A stretch of 54,280 bases of DNA, from positions 1 through 54,280 of the forward strand of contig JAGWRA010000118.1 in the NCBI GenBank assembly GCA_028876655.1, written 5' to 3'. The position numbers and the translations under genes were made by a program. Positions 18,060 to 27,726 of this stretch are shown here, piece after piece. This DNA is from Acidobacteriota bacterium (lineage in GTDB: Bacteria > Acidobacteriota > Vicinamibacteria > Vicinamibacterales > CAVVIG01). Below the pieces are notes generated by a model. That model made no database searches and was not told where the DNA came from. It saw nothing but the letters and a program-made list of their open reading frames with translations. Numbering within the stretch: position 1 is the first letter of the stretch; each line of letters starts with the position of its first letter.

Positions 18060-20756
18060 ATGACCGATCGTCCGCGCCTCTATCTGATCGACGGCAACTC
18101 GCAGATGTATCGCGCGTATCACGCCCTCCGCGGGCTGACCGCGCCCGACGGCCGCTCGACCAACGCGGTGTACGGCTTCGTCACGATGCTGCGCAAGCTC
18201 GTCGCCGATCACCGCCCCGCCTTCATCGCCGCCTCGTTCGATCTCGCCGGCCCGACGTTCCGCTCCGCGCTCGCGGAGGACTACAAGGCCAATCGTGCGC
18301 CGATGCCCGACGACCTCGTCGAGCAGGTGCCGCTCGTGCACGAGGCGTGCGAGGCGCTCGGCGTCCCGATCGTCACGATGGCCGGCTACGAGGCCGACGA
18401 CGTCATCGGCACGATCGCGAAGCGGGCGGCGGCGGCAGGCTACGAGGTGGCGCTCGTCACCGGCGACAAGGACTTCTTCCAGCTGGTCGGTGACGGCATC
18501 CGGGTCTTCAACCCGCGCGACGAGGGGACGTGGTACGACGCGGCCGGCGTGAAGGAGAAGTTCGGCGTCGAACCGGCCCAGGTCGTCGACACCCTCGCGC
18601 TGATGGGCGATGCCGTCGACAACGTCAAGGGGGTTCCCGGCATCGGCGAGAAGGGGGCGCGCGAGCTGATCGAAGCCTGGGGATCCCTCGACGCGCTGCT
18701 GGCGCACGCCGCCGAGGTGAAGCAGAAGAAGTATCGCGAGGGGCTGCAGCACCACGCCGACCTGGCGCGCCAGAGCCGCGATCTCGTCCGGATCCACACC
18801 GACGTGCCAGTCGCCTTCGACCTCGACGCGTTCCGCTACCAGGGGCCGTCGCGCGAGCGCTGCTACCGCCTCTTCTCCGATCTCGGCTTCCGGTCCCTGC
18901 TGAACGAGTACGCGCCAACCGCCGACACGGTGAAGACCGACTACGCCCTGGTCACGTCGACCGACGGCCTGCACGCCCTCGTGGATCAGCTGCGCCGGGC
19001 GGGACGCTTCGCGCTGCAGGTGCTCACCGACGATGGCGGCGCGATGACCTGCCAGCTGATCGGCCTGGCCTTCAGCGCCGCGCCGAGGATGGCGCGCTAC
19101 GTGCCGCTCGGCCACTCGTCGCTCGAGGACGGCCCGTCGCTCGACCGCCGCGAGGTGCTGGCGGCGCTGGGCCCCGTGCTGGCGGATCCCGCGGTGGCGA
19201 AGGTCGGGCACGACCTGAAGTTCACCTCCATCGTCCTCGCCCGTCACGGCGTCGAGCTGCAGGGGCTCGACGTCGACATCATGCTGGCGAGCTACCTGCT
19301 CGATGCCGGGCGCTCGGGCCACCCGATCGAGGAGATCGCCCTCGAACAGGTCGGCTACAAGGCCCTCACGCGCGAGGAGGTCTGCGGCAAGGGGGCGAAG
19401 GCGATCCCGCTGGCCCGGGTGCCGGCGGCCGGCGCGCTGACGTTCGCCGGCGAGCGCAGCGATCTGGCGCTGCAGCTGGCGGCCCCGCTGGCCGGCGCCC
19501 TGACCGCCGCCGACCTCGAGCGCGTCTTCCGCGGGCTGGAGATGCCGCTCGTGCCCGTGCTGGCCGGCATGGAACGGATCGGCGTCCGGATCGACACGGC
19601 GGCCCTGGCGGCGCAGTCGGCCCGGCTGGAGCGCGACCTCGCCGAGCGGACGGCGCGGATCGTCGACCTGGCCGGCGAGGAGTTCAACATCAACTCGCCG
19701 AAGCAGCTGTCGGAGATCCTGTTCGACAAGCTGAAGCTGCCGGCGCTGAAGCGGACCGGCAAGACGAAGACGGCGTCGACCGCCGTCGAGGTGCTCGAGG
19801 AGCTCGCCCTCGTCCACGACCTGCCCCGGCAGATCCTGGAGTGGCGGACGGTCCAGAAGCTGAAGGGGACCTACATCGACGCGCTGCCGCAGCTCGTCAA
19901 CCCGGCGACCGGCCGCGTCCACACCTCGTTCAACCAGGCGGTGGCGGCCACCGGGCGGCTGAGCAGCAGCGACCCGAACCTGCAGAACATCCCGATCCGG
20001 ACCGAGCTGGGCCGCGAGATCCGCGCGGCGTTCGTCGCCGATCCCGGCTGCGTCCTGATCTCGGCCGACTACTCGCAGATCGAGTTGCGCGTGCTCGCCC
20101 ATCTCGCGCAGGACGAGACGCTGATCGAGGCGTTCCGGCGCGGCGACGACATCCACGAGCAGACCGCGCTGAAGGTGTTCGGGCCGTCGAGCAGCCTCGA
20201 CCCGCACGAGCTGCGGCGCCGCGCGAAGATCATCAACTACGCCCTGCTCTACGGCAAGACCGCGTTCACGCTCGCGCGCGACATCGGCGTGCCGCCGCAG
20301 GCGGCCCAGCAGTTCATCGACGCCTACTTCGCGGGCTTCCCGCGCGTGCGCGGATTCATCGACCGGACGCTCGCCGAGGCGCGCGAGACCGGCGTCGTGA
20401 AGACGATGGCCGGGCGGCGGCGGACGGTCCCCGAACTGAACAGCCGGAACGGCCAGATCCGATCGGCCGCCGAGCGGATCGCGGTGAACCTGCCGATCCA
20501 GGGCTCGGCCGCCGACGTCATGAAGCAGGCGATGATCGACGTCCAGGCCGCGCTCGATCGCCGGCGCGCCGGGGGTCCGGAGGCCGCGCGGATGATCCTG
20601 ACCGTCCACGACGAACTGCTGTTCGAGGTGCCGGAGGCGGAGGCGGAGGAAGTGGCCGCGCTCGTCCGCGACCGGATGGAACATGCCGTCGAGCTGTCGG
20701 TGCCGCTGACCGTGGACGTGGGGATCGGGAAGAACTGGAAGGACGCGAAGGGCTAG
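18060..20756 (+). CDS. polA: DNA polymerase I
   Basis: LIDG, EADD and GDAVDNVKGVPGIG (5'-3' exonuclease); TGRLSSSDPNLQNIP, ADYSQIELR and VHDEL (polymerase). Confidence 0.98.
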   Translation: MTDRPRLYLIDGNSQMYRAYHALRGLTAPDGRSTNAVYGFVTMLRKLVADHRPAFIAASFDLAGPTFRSALAEDYKANRAPMPDDLVEQVPLVHEACEALGVPIVTMAGYEADDVIGTIAKRAAAAGYEVALVTGDKDFFQLVGDGIRVFNPRDEGTWYDAAGVKEKFGVEPAQVVDTLALMGDAVDNVKGVPGIGEKGARELIEAWGSLDALLAHAAEVKQKKYREGLQHHADLARQSRDLVRIHTDVPVAFDLDAFRYQGPSRERCYRLFSDLGFRSLLNEYAPTADTVKTDYALVTSTDGLHALVDQLRRAGRFALQVLTDDGGAMTCQLIGLAFSAAPRMARYVPLGHSSLEDGPSLDRREVLAALGPVLADPAVAKVGHDLKFTSIVLARHGVELQGLDVDIMLASYLLDAGRSGHPIEEIALEQVGYKALTREEVCGKGAKAIPLARVPAAGALTFAGERSDLALQLAAPLAGALTAADLERVFRGLEMPLVPVLAGMERIGVRIDTAALAAQSARLERDLAERTARIVDLAGEEFNINSPKQLSEILFDKLKLPALKRTGKTKTASTAVEVLEELALVHDLPRQILEWRTVQKLKGTYIDALPQLVNPATGRVHTSFNQAVAATGRLSSSDPNLQNIPIRTELGREIRAAFVADPGCVLISADYSQIELRVLAHLAQDETLIEAFRRGDDIHEQTALKVFGPSSSLDPHELRRRAKIINYALLYGKTAFTLARDIGVPPQAAQQFIDAYFAGFPRVRGFIDRTLAEARETGVVKTMAGRRRTVPELNSRNGQIRSAAERIAVNLPIQGSAADVMKQAMIDVQAALDRRRAGGPEAARMILTVHDELLFEVPEAEAEEVAALVRDRMEHAVELSVPLTVDVGIGKNWKDAKG

Positions 20757-20757
20757 C

Positions 20758-21576
20758 TCACGGCCAGTCCCGCTTCACCACCTCCCACTCCGCACGAAGG
20801 TCGGCGGCGATGTCGGCGGCGTCGGGCGGCGCCGGCGCCAGCTGGCGCGCCCGCCCGGGGATGATCGCCACGATCATCAGGCGATCGAGATCGGTGCGCA
20901 ACGTCGCCCCGCGCGGGCCCATCATCGGCGCGCGCACCCAGGACGCAATCGCTCCGTTCCAGGCGTCATCCAGGCGGCCCGCCCCGCAGTCGGCCGCCAC
21001 CGCCCAGTAGGCGGCCACCCCCGACGAAGGGTCGGTCTGCTGCACGTCCTGCATCTCGTCGGCCAGCCGGTGGTACAGCGGCTCGCGCCGGCCGGCAGAC
21101 CGCCCCAGCGCCTCGCGATCGACGGCCGTCGCCCACCAGTCCAGCAGCTGATCGCGATCGCCGGGCCCGGACGGCTCTGGCATCGCCAGCGCCGTGCGGA
21201 ACAGATCTGCCGCCGGTCCGAACATCCCCTGGAGGAACAGCGACTCGCCCAGGCCGGCCACCAGTTGCAGCCGATCGCGCGGCGAGAGGTTTGCCGGATG
21301 CAGCGCCTGGAATGCCGTGCGCGCCGCCGCCAGGTCGCCGGGGTCCTGCGTCCGCCGGAACTGCTCGAGGTGCGCCCGGCCGACGACCAGCCGGGCGGCG
21401 TCGGCCTCCGGCGACGTCGACGGAATCGCCGAGGCGGCGGTAATGGCCACGTCGTACTGCCCGTCGTTGTACGCCGCGCGGGCGCGGCCGAGCTCGGCGC
21501 GCGCATCGGCGGACGCGGGGACCGCTCCGGCCGCGACGAGCAGGCTCAGGCAGATGCCCGAGACAAGGCTGCGCAT
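20758..21576 (-). CDS. Hypothetical secreted alpha-helical (TPR-like) protein
   Basis: Signal peptide, ARAAYNDGQYD.AI helical-repeat pattern; fills the gap between polA and pcnB. Confidence 0.65.
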   Translation of the reverse strand: MRSLVSGICLSLLVAAGAVPASADARAELGRARAAYNDGQYDVAITAASAIPSTSPEADAARLVVGRAHLEQFRRTQDPGDLAAARTAFQALHPANLSPRDRLQLVAGLGESLFLQGMFGPAADLFRTALAMPEPSGPGDRDQLLDWWATAVDREALGRSAGRREPLYHRLADEMQDVQQTDPSSGVAAYWAVAADCGAGRLDDAWNGAIASWVRAPMMGPRGATLRTDLDRLMIVAIIPGRARQLAPAPPDAADIAADLRAEWEVVKRDWP

Positions 21577-21677
21577 GGGAGGCGATGGTACCACAGGCAG
21601 GACGCAGGTCGCTAAACTACTGATTTGACTGATTTTGTCTCGCAGCGATGCAGATCGCTGTGCTACAATCGCGGTCG

Positions 21678-22961
21678 ATGGCCGAGCCGACGATCATCCC
21701 CCGGGACCAGCATTCCCTCTCGCGCAAGCAGGTCGATCCCGACGCTCTGAAGGTCCTCTACCGGCTGCGACAGCACGAGTACATCGCGTATCTGGTCGGT
21801 GGCAGCGTGCGCGATCTGCTGCTCGGGCGCCGGCCGAAGGACTTCGACATCGGCACGTCGGCCCATCCCTACGAGGTCAAGCGGCTGTTCCGGAACTGCT
21901 GGATCATCGGGCGCCGGTTCCGGCTCGCGCACGTGAAGTTCGGGACCAAGGTCATCGAGGTGGCGACGTTCCGGCGGCAGACGAAGCCTGGCGAGGCGCA
22001 GGTCGGCGAGGAGACGCCGGAGGAAGCGCAGGCCGCGGCGGCGGCGGCCGCCGCCGGCACCGGTCCGATCCACCGCGACAACACCTTCGGCACGCCCGAG
22101 GAAGACGCCTTCCGGCGCGACTTCACGATCAACGCGCTCTTCTACGACATCGCGACCTTCGCGGTCATCGACTACGTCGGCGGGCTGGAGGACCTGCGGG
22201 CGGGGCTGGTCCGCTGCATCGGCGATCCCGACGAGCGGTTCACCGAGGATCCGGTCCGCATGATGCGCGCGGTCGCGCTGGCGGCGCGGCTCGACTTCCA
22301 GATCGACCTGCCGATCCTCGAGTCGATCGCGCGACAGCACCAGCAGATTGCGCTCAGCGCGCCGGCGCGGCTCATCGAGGAGTACTACAAGATCCTGCGG
22401 GCCGGATCGTCCGAGCGGGCGTTCCGCGGCCTGGCGGCCGCGCGGCTGCTCGAGCCGATCGCCCCCGAACTGCACCGCGGCGCCACCACGCCGCTCTGGG
22501 AGTCGCTGGCGCGGCTCGACGCCTACCGGCAGAGATTCGAGGAGACGCCGCCGGCGCTGACCAACAGCATCCTGCTCGGCAGCCTGCTCGTGCCGCTCGG
22601 CTTCGCGCCGCACGGCGGGAAGCTGCCGACGATCGCGCCCGGCAAGCCCGGCGCCCTGTCGCTCGGCCTGCTGCCGATCGCGCGGCGCGACGTCGAGCGC
22701 CTCAGCCACATCCTGATGCTGGCGCCGCGGCTGCTGGATCCCGGCGGGTCCCCGCGGGCGCACCGCGCGCTGATGAACCGCAGCGCGTTCCAGGACGCGC
22801 TGACCTGGATCGAGATCCACGAACAGGCGCCCGACGCGCTCGGCTTCTGGCGGGGCCTGCAGGAGGGGACGGCCGGTGCCCCCGACGAGGAGGGCGGCCG
22901 CCGCCGCCGGCGCCGCCGCCGCCGGCGTCCGCGGCGCCCCACGGGCGAGCCGCCGGCCTGA
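21678..22961 (+). CDS. pcnB: Poly(A) polymerase I
   Basis: VGGSVRDLLLG..PKDFDI, IIGRRF.LAHV (PAP signature), RRDFTINAL, EDPVRM.RA; Arg-rich C-tail. Confidence 0.93.
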   Translation: MAEPTIIPRDQHSLSRKQVDPDALKVLYRLRQHEYIAYLVGGSVRDLLLGRRPKDFDIGTSAHPYEVKRLFRNCWIIGRRFRLAHVKFGTKVIEVATFRRQTKPGEAQVGEETPEEAQAAAAAAAAGTGPIHRDNTFGTPEEDAFRRDFTINALFYDIATFAVIDYVGGLEDLRAGLVRCIGDPDERFTEDPVRMMRAVALAARLDFQIDLPILESIARQHQQIALSAPARLIEEYYKILRAGSSERAFRGLAAARLLEPIAPELHRGATTPLWESLARLDAYRQRFEETPPALTNSILLGSLLVPLGFAPHGGKLPTIAPGKPGALSLGLLPIARRDVERLSHILMLAPRLLDPGGSPRAHRALMNRSAFQDALTWIEIHEQAPDALGFWRGLQEGTAGAPDEEGGRRRRRRRRRRPRRPTGEPPA

Positions 22962-22980
22962 TTCGTCGCAAGAACTGCTC

Positions 22981-23066
22981 GGGGACAGGGGCAAGGGACA
23001 AGTACCGAGGGGCAAGAAGCATCTTGTCCCTTTGCCCCTGCCCCTTGTCCCTGCCCCTTGTCCCTG
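22981..23066. repeat. Inverted array of GGGGCA/GGGACA short repeats
   Basis: GGGGACAGGGGCAAGGGACAA followed by several TTGTCCC/TGCCCC units. Confidence 0.75.
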
Positions 23067-23091
23067 ACGTGCCCCTCCGGCTCACTCGCCA

Positions 23092-23135
23092 GAAAAACAA
23101 AAGGCCGGACCCGCCCATGGCGGATCCGGCCTTTG
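23092..23135 (-). terminator. Rho-independent terminator (possibly bidirectional)
   Basis: AAAGGCCGGA-CCCGCC-CAT-GGCGG-ATCCGGCCTTT hairpin with a TTTTGTTTTT tail on the minus strand, between convergent pcnB and desaturase. Confidence 0.85.
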
Positions 23136-23157
23136 GTGTCTTCGCCCGACGGTGCGG

Positions 23158-23910
23158 CTACGCGTTCGCGCTCGCCTGCGCCTGCTCGATGGTCTTGTAC
23201 GGCCGTGCCAGCTTCAGCATCGTCAGCAGCTTGATGATGGGCCAGGCCGGATCGATCTCGAACTTGCGCCGGCTGAAGCTGAACTTCGGGCTGCGGGGGA
23301 AGCCGTGATGGTTGTTGTGGAGCCCCTCGCCGCCGGTCAGCAGCGCCAGGAAGCGGAGGTTCGTCGCCGTGTTGTCGAAGTTCTTGTAGCCGACGTGGTG
23401 GCACAGGCCGTTGATCGACGACGACAGGACGAAGACGTAGGTGACGGCGTGGATGGCGGCCGCGAGAATGCCCCACCAGATGCCGAGGAGCGAGCACAGC
23501 GCCACGATGCCGAGCCCCAGGCCGAACAGGCCGTGGTTGAAGAACAACTTGTCGAAGACGTCGTCCTTGATGTCGCGCGCGTACTTCTGGACGATCTCCG
23601 GGTTCTTCGCCTCGCGCATGTAGTAGAAGACGTTGCCGAGCTGGACCGGCCAGAAGCCCTCGAGGTACGGGCTGTGCGGATCGCCCTCCTGGTCGGTGAA
23701 CGCGTGATGCTTGCGGTGGACCGCCACCCATTCCTTGGTGGACAGCCCGGTCGTCAGCCAGAGGGCCAGTCGGAAACCGAACGCCGCGATCGGATGCAGC
23801 ACCAGCGCGCGGTGCGTCGCACAGCGATGCAGATAAATGGTCGTACTGAACACCGCGATCTGAATCAGGACCGCCGCCACGACGAGCGTCAAGACCAGCG
23901 ACACCAGCAA
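23158..23910 (-). CDS. Delta-9-type membrane fatty acid desaturase
   Basis: His boxes HRCATH, HRKHH and HNNHH; GDPHSP; TTG start after GGAGGA. Confidence 0.92.
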   Translation of the reverse strand: MLVSLVLTLVVAAVLIQIAVFSTTIYLHRCATHRALVLHPIAAFGFRLALWLTTGLSTKEWVAVHRKHHAFTDQEGDPHSPYLEGFWPVQLGNVFYYMREAKNPEIVQKYARDIKDDVFDKLFFNHGLFGLGLGIVALCSLLGIWWGILAAAIHAVTYVFVLSSSINGLCHHVGYKNFDNTATNLRFLALLTGGEGLHNNHHGFPRSPKFSFSRRKFEIDPAWPIIKLLTMLKLARPYKTIEQAQASANA

Positions 23911-24097
23911 GGCAAATTCCTCCGCAAGAGCACCCGATTGGTTCTGGTAAGCCGAGTTCCGGCAGGACACCGGCTATGGAAAACGACCGATGTTACCACG
24001 ACCGTAAGGCAGCCGGCCAGCGGAAAACCGGCCGCGAACCGGCTGGAACCGGCCCGCAGCCCGGAACCCGGCCGTTCGTTCCACGGAGTGGAACAGC

Positions 24098-25189
24098 TCA
24101 GCCGTTCTTCCGCTCGAATTCCTGCATGAACGCCACGAGCCCGTCGATGCCCGCCTCGGGGAAGGCGTTGTAGATCGACGCCCGGACACCGCCGACCGAC
24201 CGGTGCCCCTTGAGGCCGTCGAAGCCGGCAGCGGTCGCCTCCTGGATGAACTTCTTCTCGAGATCCTCGGATGGCAGCCGGAAGGTGACGTTCATCCGCG
24301 ACCGGCTGTCCTTCTGCGCCGTCCCGCGGTAGAACCCGCTGCGGTCGATCTCGGCGTAGAGCTTGCCGGCCTTCCGCTCGTTGAGCGCCGCCATCGCAGC
24401 CAGCCCGCCCTGGTTCGCGATCCACTTCACGACGAGGCCGAGCATGTAGATGCCGAAGGTCGGCGGCGTGTTGTACAGCGAGTCGTTCTCCGCGTGCACG
24501 GCGTAGCTCAGCATCGTCGGCAGCGAGGCGGCCGAGCGGGCGAGCAGGTCCTCGCGGATGATGACCAGGGTGACGCCGGAGGGCCCGAGGTTCTTCTGCG
24601 CGCCGGCGTAGATCAGCCCGTGCTTCGCGATGTCGATCGGCCGGCTGAAGATGTCCGACGAGGCGTCGTTGACGAGCGGCGCGCCGCCGACGTCGGGCAG
24701 CCCGGCCCACTCGGTCCCGAAGATCGTGTTGTTCGACGTCATGTGGACGTACGCGGCGCCCGGCGTCAGCTTCAGCGCCGACTGCGCGGGAATGCGGGTG
24801 AACTGCTCGCCCTCGGTCGTCGCCGCGACGTTCACCGCCCCGACCTTCTTCGCCTCCTTCATCGCCTTCTGCGACCAGGAGCCGGTCAGGATGTAGTCGG
24901 CCGTGGTGCCGGCGGTCAGCAGGTTCATCGGCACCATCGAGAACTGCATGCTGGCGCCCCCCTGCAGGAAGAGCACCTTGTAGTTGGCCGGCACCCCGGC
25001 GAGCGCGCGGATGTCGGCCACGGCCGCCTGGATGATCCGGTCGAACGGCTTCGAGCGGTGGCTGATCTCGAGGATGGACATCCCGACGCCCGGCAGGGCG
25101 ATCAGGTCGCGCTGCACCTCCTCGAGCACCGGCAGCGGCAGCGTCGCGGGTCCCGCCGAGAAGTTGTAGATACGCGTGGCAGTCGTCAT
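24098..25189 (-). CDS. serC: Phosphoserine aminotransferase
   Basis: NFSAGPA, EISHRS, LQGGAS, AGAQKNLGP, NTPP and GHRSVGG.RASIYN motifs. Confidence 0.97.
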   Translation of the reverse strand: MTTATRIYNFSAGPATLPLPVLEEVQRDLIALPGVGMSILEISHRSKPFDRIIQAAVADIRALAGVPANYKVLFLQGGASMQFSMVPMNLLTAGTTADYILTGSWSQKAMKEAKKVGAVNVAATTEGEQFTRIPAQSALKLTPGAAYVHMTSNNTIFGTEWAGLPDVGGAPLVNDASSDIFSRPIDIAKHGLIYAGAQKNLGPSGVTLVIIREDLLARSAASLPTMLSYAVHAENDSLYNTPPTFGIYMLGLVVKWIANQGGLAAMAALNERKAGKLYAEIDRSGFYRGTAQKDSRSRMNVTFRLPSEDLEKKFIQEATAAGFDGLKGHRSVGGVRASIYNAFPEAGIDGLVAFMQEFERKNG

Positions 25190-25203
25190 GGTTCGGTCCT
25201 CGT

Positions 25204-26412
25204 TCAGATCGTCACGAGATGCAGATCCAGGATGTCCGTGCTGCCGCTCCGGATCGTCCGCAGCAGATCGTCGGACGGCGCGGCATCGAGGTTGATGCGG
25301 GCCACCGCGGCCTCGGCCCCCTCGAAGATGACGTTCTCGGTTTCCTGCACGTTGATGTCGCCCGACCGCAGGTGATCGAAGACGTGCGCCAGCACGCCGG
25401 GCCGGTCGCGGTGGCGCACCACGAGCATGTGCGAGGCCGGCGTCGTCGCGCTCAGGTTCACGACGTTCGGCACCTTGCCCGTCTCGAGGTACGAACGGAC
25501 GATCCGGACCGTCTCGGCGGCAATCGCCTCCTGCGCCTGGTCGGTCGACGCGCCGATGTGGTGCGTGCCGTAGACGTTCGGCAGGCCGATGAGCGGATCG
25601 GAGAAGGCGCCGGTCGCGCCCGACGGCTCGGTGGCATACACGTCGAGGCCGACGCGGATCTGCTTCTCACGCACCGCGGCCTCGAGCGCCTGATAGTCGA
25701 CGACCTCGCCGCGGGCCGTGTTGATGAAGTACGAGCCGGGCTGCAGGTGGTGCAGCACGTCGGCATTGACCAGCCCGCGCGTCTCGGGCGTCAGTGCCAG
25801 GTGCACGCTCAGGACGTCGGCGCGGGCGGCCACATCGGCCGGCGTCCGCAGCACGGTCATCGGGACGTCGTCGGGCACCTCGCCACCGCCGGCGAACCGC
25901 CGGCTCCAGACGACGATCGGCATGCCGCAGGCGTGCGCGCGCTTCGCCACCTCGCGGCCGATGTTGCCGTAGCCGAGCAGCCCGAGCGTCCGGCCGTGCA
26001 GGCCGCGCGCCTTCGAGAACTCCTTCTTGTTCCACGTGCCGGCGCGCAGCTCGGCGACGTTGTCCGGGATGCGGCGATCCAGCGCCAGGATCAGCCCCAG
26101 CGTCAGCTCGGCGACGGCCACGGCGTTCTTGCCCGGGCAGTTGGACACGTAGATGCCCCGGCGTGACGCCGCTTTCACGTCGATCGTGTTGTAGCCGGCG
26201 CCGGCGCGGACCACGAGCGACAGCGAGCTCGCCTCGAGCATCGCCTCGGTCACCTTCGTCGACCGGACGACCAGCACGTCGGCCTTCGTCTCGCGCAGCG
26301 CCTGCTCCAGGGCGGCATCCTGCAGCTCCGGCTGGACGATCACCTCGCAGCCCGCCGCCCGCAGGCCGTCCACCCCGCTCTGCTCGAACTTGTCGGCAAC
26401 AAGGACCTTCAT
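25204..26412 (-). CDS. serA: D-3-phosphoglycerate dehydrogenase-like protein with ACT domain
   Basis: RAGAG, NAVAVAE, GYGNIG, INTARG and HHIGAST motifs; C-terminal HRDRPGVL ACT domain; adjacent to serC. Confidence 0.85.
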   Translation of the reverse strand: MKVLVADKFEQSGVDGLRAAGCEVIVQPELQDAALEQALRETKADVLVVRSTKVTEAMLEASSLSLVVRAGAGYNTIDVKAASRRGIYVSNCPGKNAVAVAELTLGLILALDRRIPDNVAELRAGTWNKKEFSKARGLHGRTLGLLGYGNIGREVAKRAHACGMPIVVWSRRFAGGGEVPDDVPMTVLRTPADVAARADVLSVHLALTPETRGLVNADVLHHLQPGSYFINTARGEVVDYQALEAAVREKQIRVGLDVYATEPSGATGAFSDPLIGLPNVYGTHHIGASTDQAQEAIAAETVRIVRSYLETGKVPNVVNLSATTPASHMLVVRHRDRPGVLAHVFDHLRSGDINVQETENVIFEGAEAAVARINLDAAPSDDLLRTIRSGSTDILDLHLVTI

Positions 26413-26420
26413 GAGTCGTC

Positions 26421-26480
26421 TCCGGGCTACGGGCTGCCGGCTACGGGGCCTCGAAGCCCGTGGCCTGGAGCCCGGAGCCT
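26421..26480. repeat. Inverted heptamer array (CGGGCTN / NAGCCCG)
   Basis: CGGGCTA CGGGCTG CCGGCTA ... AAGCCCG TGGCCTG GAGCCCG GAGCC; related units at 39626-39660. Confidence 0.75.
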
Positions 26481-26482
26481 TC

Positions 26483-27682
26483 TCAGATCAGATGGATCAG
26501 CAGCCCATCCCGCAGCTTGGGCTCGAACCAGGTCGACTTGGGCGGCATGATGCCGCCCTGGTCGGCAATCGCCATCAGCTCGCCGACGCCGACGGGATAC
26601 ATCGAGAAGGCGACGGCCGCGCGCCCGCCGTCGACCGCCTGCGCCAGCTCGCCCGTGCCGCGGATGCCGCCGACGAAATCGATCCGCTTGTCGGTGCGCG
26701 GGTCGGCGACCTTCAGCACCGGCTCGAGCAATCCGTCCTGCAGCAGGCTGACGTCGAGCGTGCCGATCGCGTCGCCGCCCGACGCGCCGCTGAGGACGAT
26801 CGTCTGCCACCGCCCGCCGAGGTACATCGCCACCTCGCCCTTTCGCGCGGGCGTGGCCGGTCCGTCCTTCACCGTGAACCGCCGGCGCACCTCGGCGAGG
26901 AACGCCTCCGGCGTCAGGCCCGCCAGGTCGCGGACGATCCGGTTGTAGGGCAGCACCTGCATCTGGTCGTGCGGAAAAGCCACGGCGAGGAACCGTTCGC
27001 TCGCCTCTTCGCCGAGCTGCTGGTGCGCGCGTGCCGCGCTGGCCGCGCGGTGGTGGCCGTCGGCGATGTAGAGCGCCGGGATGCGGCCGAAGGCGGCGAC
27101 GAGCGCCTGCCCGTCGGCATCGGGCGCGGCCCAGATCGTGTGCTGCACGCCGTCGGGCGCGGCGACGTCGAACAGCGGCGCCGCGGCCGTGACCCGCGCC
27201 GCCACCGCGTCGACGTCCGCCGACGCACGGTAGGTAAGGAACACCGGACCGGTCTGCGCGCGCAGCGTCAGCATGTGGCGCGTGCGGTCGTCTTCCTTGT
27301 CGCGGCGCGTCCGTTCGTGCTTCTTGATCCGATCGCCGTTGTATTCGTCCAGGCTGTAGCAGGCCGCAATCCCCGTCTGCTGGTGGCCGCCCATGCGCAG
27401 GCGGTAGACGTAGACCGTCGGCCGCTCCTCGACCACCAGCGGCGCCGCCGTGCGCAGGCGCTCGAAGTTCTGCCGCGCCTGCTCGTACACGGCGTCGGCG
27501 TGCGGATCGGTGGACGGCGGGAGGTCGATCTCCGCGCGGGACACGTGCAGGAAGCTCAGCGGGTTGCCGGCCGCCAGCGCGCGCGCCTCGTCGGTCGTCA
27601 CGACGTCGTACGGCACGGCCGCCACACGCCCGGCGGCGGCGGGCATCGGGCGGAGCGCCCGGAACGGATACAAAGTCGCCAT
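26483..27682 (-). CDS. DUF1015 family protein
   Basis: PF.ALRP, PYDV, IKKHE.TR, YIADGHHR and MPPKSTWFEPKLRDGL motifs; common companion of serA/serC. Confidence 0.93.
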   Translation of the reverse strand: MATLYPFRALRPMPAAAGRVAAVPYDVVTTDEARALAAGNPLSFLHVSRAEIDLPPSTDPHADAVYEQARQNFERLRTAAPLVVEERPTVYVYRLRMGGHQQTGIAACYSLDEYNGDRIKKHERTRRDKEDDRTRHMLTLRAQTGPVFLTYRASADVDAVAARVTAAAPLFDVAAPDGVQHTIWAAPDADGQALVAAFGRIPALYIADGHHRAASAARAHQQLGEEASERFLAVAFPHDQMQVLPYNRIVRDLAGLTPEAFLAEVRRRFTVKDGPATPARKGEVAMYLGGRWQTIVLSGASGGDAIGTLDVSLLQDGLLEPVLKVADPRTDKRIDFVGGIRGTGELAQAVDGGRAAVAFSMYPVGVGELMAIADQGGIMPPKSTWFEPKLRDGLLIHLI

Positions 27683-27726
27683 AGGGGGACTAATTATAGC
27701 CTTGGCGCGGGCGGCGAGGACTGCAC

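Noticed and set aside
16488-20684. 1398-aa minus-strand ORF
   Set aside because: Mostly the antisense shadow of polA; only the last 200 codons (GNAT) look real.
22895-22940. CGC/CGG triplet run
   Set aside because: It encodes the Arg-rich C-tail usual for PcnB.
24010-24075. AACCGGC-like short repeats between serC and the desaturase
   Set aside because: Too few and too degenerate to separate from GC-rich background.
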